A stretch of DNA of 56,973 bases from Cyanobacteria bacterium P01_D01_bin.156. Lineage in GTDB: Bacteria > Cyanobacteriota > Cyanobacteriia > Phormidesmidales > Phormidesmidaceae. The position numbers and the translations under genes were made by a program. Below, piece after piece: positions 52,800 to 56,973 of the stretch (positions within the stretch are counted from its first letter, which is position 1; each line of letters starts with the position of its first letter). The stretch lies in the NCBI GenBank assembly GCA_039024555.1, contig JBCCQQ010000040.1, positions 1 to 56,973 on the forward strand, in the 5' to 3' direction. The notes under the pieces are model-generated. The model did no database searches, was not told the origin of the DNA, and saw nothing but the letters and a program-made list of their open reading frames with translations.

Positions 52800-53963
52800 A
52801 TGGTTTCCAAAACCGCTTTGTCTACAGCCCCTGACTCTTCAACACACAGCCTCACCTCCATAGCCCAGAAGTTTTTGGGTGATGCTGGTGTTGCAAGTAT
52901 TCGCCCCCTCGGCAATGGCAACATTAACGACACCTACCTGGTAGAAACAAAACACGCTTCAAACTACCGTTGTGTTTTGCAGCGCATCAATCGCGATGTG
53001 TTTCCCAACCCTCACCAGGTTATGGATAATCTTTGTGGGTTTGTAAACCATGTCCAAAAGCAGCTACAGGCCGTGCCCTCAGGTCGTCGCTGGGAAGTCC
53101 CCACTGTTCTGAGAACAGAGCAAAATCAGCATCACTGGCAAGACCACCAGGGACAGGTATGGCGAAGCCTAAGCTTTGTTGAAAGTACCACAACTTTTGA
53201 TACCATTCAGAGCTCAGAACATGCCAATGAAGCGGGGTACGGCCTGGGATATTTCCATAGTTTACTGAGTAATCTATCCACTGATACCTTGGTAGACACT
53301 CTACCCGGTTTTCACATTACTCCCAATTACTTACAACAGTACGATGGCATTCTCTCCAATCCTGATGTCTTTTCATTAGAAGAATATCGCTGTCATAACC
53401 TGATTGCCACCCATCGTGAACAGCTATCTGTTTTAGAAAATGCCAAGGCAGAAGGGCATTTGCCATTGCGGGCTATCCATGGTGACCCAAAGATTAACAA
53501 TATTTTGATGGATGCGGCCACAGGACAAGCCGTTAGCCTGATTGATTTGGATACGGTCAAGCCAGGGTTAGTCCACTACGACATTGGTGACTGCCTGCGG
53601 TCTAGCTGCAATCTGCTTGGCGAAGAAACAGCCCAGTGGCAAGACGTGAGCTTTGATGTGGAGCTATGTGCTGCCGTACTACGGGGATATCTGTCCTGCG
53701 CCAGCAACTTTCTAGCTCCGGTTGAATACGACTACATTTACGACGCCATCTGGCTGATTACATTTGAGTTGGGGCTACGCTTTTTTAGCGATCATCTAGC
53801 TGGGAATGTGTACTTTAAGACCCAGCGCCCCAACCATAATCTGCAACGGGCTTTAGTACAGTTTCAGCTGGCTGAAAGTATTCGACAACAACAACAGGCC
53901 ATTGAAATAGTGGTTCAAGATCTTAAGCATCAGTATTGTTCTGAGTCGGATTATGCGGCTTAG
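52800..53963 (+). CDS. Aminoglycoside-phosphotransferase-fold kinase (N-acetylhexosamine 1-kinase-like)
   Basis: GNGNINDTY, LQRIN, IHGDPKINN, IDLDTVKPG, YDIGDCLR; alternative start 52728. Confidence 0.85.
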   Translation: MVSKTALSTAPDSSTHSLTSIAQKFLGDAGVASIRPLGNGNINDTYLVETKHASNYRCVLQRINRDVFPNPHQVMDNLCGFVNHVQKQLQAVPSGRRWEVPTVLRTEQNQHHWQDHQGQVWRSLSFVESTTTFDTIQSSEHANEAGYGLGYFHSLLSNLSTDTLVDTLPGFHITPNYLQQYDGILSNPDVFSLEEYRCHNLIATHREQLSVLENAKAEGHLPLRAIHGDPKINNILMDAATGQAVSLIDLDTVKPGLVHYDIGDCLRSSCNLLGEETAQWQDVSFDVELCAAVLRGYLSCASNFLAPVEYDYIYDAIWLITFELGLRFFSDHLAGNVYFKTQRPNHNLQRALVQFQLAESIRQQQQAIEIVVQDLKHQYCSESDYAA

Positions 53964-53971
53964 GAATTCGA

Positions 53972-54433
53972 GAGGAAATCATGTTCCCGTTGAGAGGCTT
54001 GACAACGCTTGTCCCCATTGCGAAGAGGGACTACAGGGGGTCTTCAACACCTACGCTAACGACCGAAGACCCCTCCGCCTATGGCACCTCCCCTTCCTAA
54101 GGGGAGGAAGGTGTATGACAATCTTCTAGCAGATAAAATCTTTGTATAGAAAATGTCTGACAACGCTTGTCCCCCTTGCGCTACGCTTTAGCGCATGCTC
54201 TTTGGGCTATAAGGGGGACTACAGGGGGTCTTCAACACCTACGCTAACGACCGATTGAAGGCTAAGAACTTTCTGATGAATGAGGAAATAATGTTCCCGT
54301 TGAGAGGCTTGACAACGCTTGTCCCCATTGCGCTACGCTTTAGCGCATGCCCTTTGGGCTATAGGGGGACTACAGGGGGTCTTCAACACCTACGCTAACG
54401 ACCGATTGAAGGCTAAGAACTTTCTGATGAATG
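53972..54433. repeat. Left array of three REP-like units (family 1), overlapping the DUF559 3' end
   Basis: tgacaacgcttgtcccc..ggactacagggggtcttcaacacctacgctaacgaccga at 54000, 54158 and 54310. Confidence 0.92.
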
Positions 54434-54795
54434 ACGTCTAAAACAATATCAAGGGTTTGATAGATTTCATTATTTGTAAAGCGTAAAAACTCAATCCCTA
54501 AACTTTCAATGAGCTGTTGGCGTACTTGATCATAGGATTGGGCTTCTGGACCTTGGTGGGTAGGGCCGTCTACTTCAATGGCCAGTCTAAGGCCAGGACA
54601 GTAAAAGTCAATGACAAAACGGTCTATGCTGTATTGTCTGCGGAATTTTGCTCCCGCTATTTGTTTACGACATAGTTTGCCCCACAGGATGATCTCGGCA
54701 TTGGGCATGTGGCTACGCAAGTGCTTACGTTTTGACTTTTCAGATTGTTTGTTGAAGATTTCAGTCATGGTGGTAGCGTTCCCGAAATCTTGCAT
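54370..54795 (-). CDS. DUF559 (Vsr-like) endonuclease
   Basis: AEIILW, KFRRQY, FVIDFYC, LAIEVDG..H, D..R..LRFTN; alternative start 54768. Confidence 0.92.
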   Translation of the reverse strand: MQDFGNATTMTEIFNKQSEKSKRKHLRSHMPNAEIILWGKLCRKQIAGAKFRRQYSIDRFVIDFYCPGLRLAIEVDGPTHQGPEAQSYDQVRQQLIESLGIEFLRFTNNEIYQTLDIVLDVIHQKVLSLQSVVSVGVEDPL

Positions 54796-54831
54796 GGAGG
54801 AGTTATTTGTTTCTGAGGTTTCTGATGACCA

Positions 54832-55340
54832 TTGTCCCCCTTACGCTACGCTTTAGCGCATGCCCTTTGGGCTATAGGGGGACTACAGGGGGTCTTTGAC
54901 ACATGGCGCTAACGACCGAAGACCCCTCCGCCTATGGCACCTCCCCTTCCTAAGGGGAGGAAGGTGTATGACAATCTTCTAGCAGATAAAATCTTTGTAT
55001 AAAAAATGTCTGACAACGCTTGTCCCCCTTACGCTACGCTTTAGCGCATGCCCTTTGGGCTATAGGGGGACTACAGGGGGTCTGCGGCCATTGGCGCTAA
55101 CGACCGAAGACCCCTCCGCCTATGGCACCTCCCCTTCCTAAGGGGAGGAAGGTGTATGACAATCTTTTAGCAGATAAAATCTTTGTATAAAAAATATCTG
55201 ACAACGCTTGTCCCCATTGCGAAGGGGGACTACAGGGGGTCTTCAACACTACGCTAACGACCCAAAACCCCTCCGCCTACGGCACCTCCCCTAAGTCCAA
55301 AGGACAGGCTCAAGCCAACGTAAGGTGAGGAAGGTGTATA
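54832..55340. repeat. Right array of three REP-like doublet units (family 1), period about 188 bp
   Basis: Units at about 54832, 55011 and 55199, each hairpin A - variable linker - inverted hairpin B; the first two are followed by the same AT-rich spacer. Confidence 0.93.
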
Positions 55341-55535
55341 ACAGTCTCGAAACCAAAGACTTATTCAAAAAAAGGTAAGCGTAAGACTTCGCTAGGGCAG
55401 CAGGAACTTTGAGAAAGCACTCGAGTTGCTGAACAGGATGAGGTGCAGCGGGTAACCGAGAAATTTATCGAAGCGAATAGCAAACTAACCACCACACCTG
55501 TTAAAACTAGATAAACACCTAGGCATTAAGCAATA

Positions 55536-56192
55536 ATGCAAAAAGTCAAACTATTCTTAGCGTCTTCATCAGAGCTAAAGGCCGATCGCGAGCAGTTTGA
55601 GATTTTTATCTATCGCAGGTGCAAAGCCTGGTTTGATCGGGGCATTTTTCTGCATCTAGATATTTGGGAAGATTTCCTGGATGCCATGTCGGCGGGTGGG
55701 TTACAGAGCAAATATAACCAGGCGATTCAGGACTGCGATATTTTTGTGCTGCTGGCCTTTAATAAGGTGGGTAAGTATACGGCTGAGGAATTTGAAAAGG
55801 CATTTGGTCAGTTTTCAGAAACTCAAAAGCCGTTTATTTTTACATACTTTAAGCCGCCAGAAACGCGAGACCGAGATGAACTTAAGAGTCTGTGGGCCTT
55901 TGAAGATAAACTACAAGAGCTAAAGCACTACAAGACGGAATATACAACCATCGAAGGGCTGCGGGAGCACTTTGGCAATCAGTTGGATAAGCTGGCAGCT
56001 AATGGTTTTCTAGAACTGAAGGCAGAAGGTAGTACCCAGCACGAGTCTGCTAGTCCATCTGGTGTTACTAAGAAGACGGTTACCGTGTCAGGTGGTGGGA
56101 ATAAGGTGTATCAGGATGTTAATAACAGCACCATTAACGACAGTTCGAAGACCTACAACATCGACAAGATTGACTCAGCGAGGTTTGAGTAG
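55536..56192 (+). CDS. TIR-like / DUF4062-like effector domain with polar low-complexity C-tail
   Basis: KLFLASSSEL..DR, IWED, AIQDCDIFVLL..KVGKYTAEEF. Confidence 0.7.
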   Translation: MQKVKLFLASSSELKADREQFEIFIYRRCKAWFDRGIFLHLDIWEDFLDAMSAGGLQSKYNQAIQDCDIFVLLAFNKVGKYTAEEFEKAFGQFSETQKPFIFTYFKPPETRDRDELKSLWAFEDKLQELKHYKTEYTTIEGLREHFGNQLDKLAANGFLELKAEGSTQHESASPSGVTKKTVTVSGGGNKVYQDVNNSTINDSSKTYNIDKIDSARFE

Positions 56193-56194
56193 CT

Positions 56195-56973
56195 GTGGGG
56201 GATACTAAAACCTACAACATTGGCTCCATTGAAAATGCTCAGTTTATATATCAATCCCTGGATTACCAGGCGTTGAATCAGCAAATTGAGGAAAAACAGG
56301 AATTTGTCGAATATCTACAGGCCACAGGTAAAACGGACCGTGCTTTGAAGGCAGGGGCTGAACTAGAGGAGCTGGAGCAGCAGCTGGAGCAGTTCAAGGA
56401 GAACGTGCTGCGGTTATACGAAACCTTTACCAAGATTGAGATTAATACTGAGCGCTTGGTGAAGGCGAAGGCCCACTTTGACCAGGGAGAATTTCGAGAA
56501 GCAGATGCCATTTTAGATGCAGAAGAGATGGCGCGGGATCTGGCTCAGCTGATTGAACGGGACGAGCAGCTGGATCAAGAAAAGGCTGCAGTGGCTAAAA
56601 ATAGAACGCAGCTGGCCAATGAATATGTGATTAAGGCGCGGCTGCGGGCAACTTTTTACGATCAGTCAAATCGGTTTGAACAGGTTTGTGAATATTTTGA
56701 AGCGGCATTGCGGGCTGCTCACACGCCTGAAATCGGCTTTGAATATGCCGTATTTTTGCAAAAGCATAACTGCTTAAATCAGGCAAAGCCACTGTACGAA
56801 GAAGCCTTGCACATCCGTCGCGAGTTAGCCCAGGAGAACCCGCGCACCTATTTGCCCTATGTTGCAACGTCGCTCAACAATTTGGCAATTTTGCAAAAAG
56901 CTAAAAATGAGTATGCTCAGGCTCAGACTAACTACGAAGAAGCCTTGCAGGTGTATCGCGAGTTAGCCCAGGA
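56195..56973 (+). CDS. Coiled-coil plus TPR protein; 3' end runs off the window
   Basis: Not in the ORF track. From GTG 56195: VGDTKTYNIGSIENAQF..AKPLYEEALHIRRELAQENPRTYLPYVATSLNNLAIL; 138-bp repeat period (56795 and 56933). Confidence 0.88.
   Translation, partial: MGDTKTYNIGSIENAQFIYQSLDYQALNQQIEEKQEFVEYLQATGKTDRALKAGAELEELEQQLEQFKENVLRLYETFTKIEINTERLVKAKAHFDQGEFREADAILDAEEMARDLAQLIERDEQLDQEKAAVAKNRTQLANEYVIKARLRATFYDQSNRFEQVCEYFEAALRAAHTPEIGFEYAVFLQKHNCLNQAKPLYEEALHIRRELAQENPRTYLPYVATSLNNLAILQKAKNEYAQAQTNYEEALQVYRELAQ

Noticed and set aside
53972..55340. CRISPR array
   Set aside because: Spacers are themselves repeated, units are 150-190 bp with inverted sub-elements, and no cas genes are present.
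56278..56867. Minus-strand ORFs 56278-56511 and 56631-56867
   Set aside because: Shadows of the plus-strand TPR gene starting at 56195.

Overview
57-kb segment of a filamentous cyanobacterial chromosome (HIP1 octamer GCGATCGC recurs about 20 times; gene set and repeats look Leptolyngbya-like). The backbone is housekeeping and signalling: ubiD, aroK, argB, gcvP/gcvH, tldD/pmbA, DNA ligase, bioF, ribD, trxC, two MATEs, a c-heme histidine kinase, an adenylate cyclase and a Ser/Thr kinase. Three accessory islands interrupt it. (1) Left end: Trypco1-like gene plus a trypsin-NB-ARC-TPR gene. (2) 21-26 kb: an HUH/Y1 (RAYT-type) transposase converging on a NACHT-GUN4 gene. The GUN4 3' end has a 57-nt adenine-free, internally duplicated tract followed by a tail that closes with a plausible GUN4 terminus in all three frames, making it a candidate indel-based diversification system and the best lead in the window. 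(3) Right end: a DUF559 nuclease inside six REP-like hairpin units, some carrying nested 26-30 nt inserts, then a TIR/DUF4062-like gene and a TPR gene that share a KTYNIxxIxxAxF motif suggestive of amyloid-type signalling. No rRNA, tRNA or CRISPR array was recognised. All family calls come from motif recognition, not database searches.
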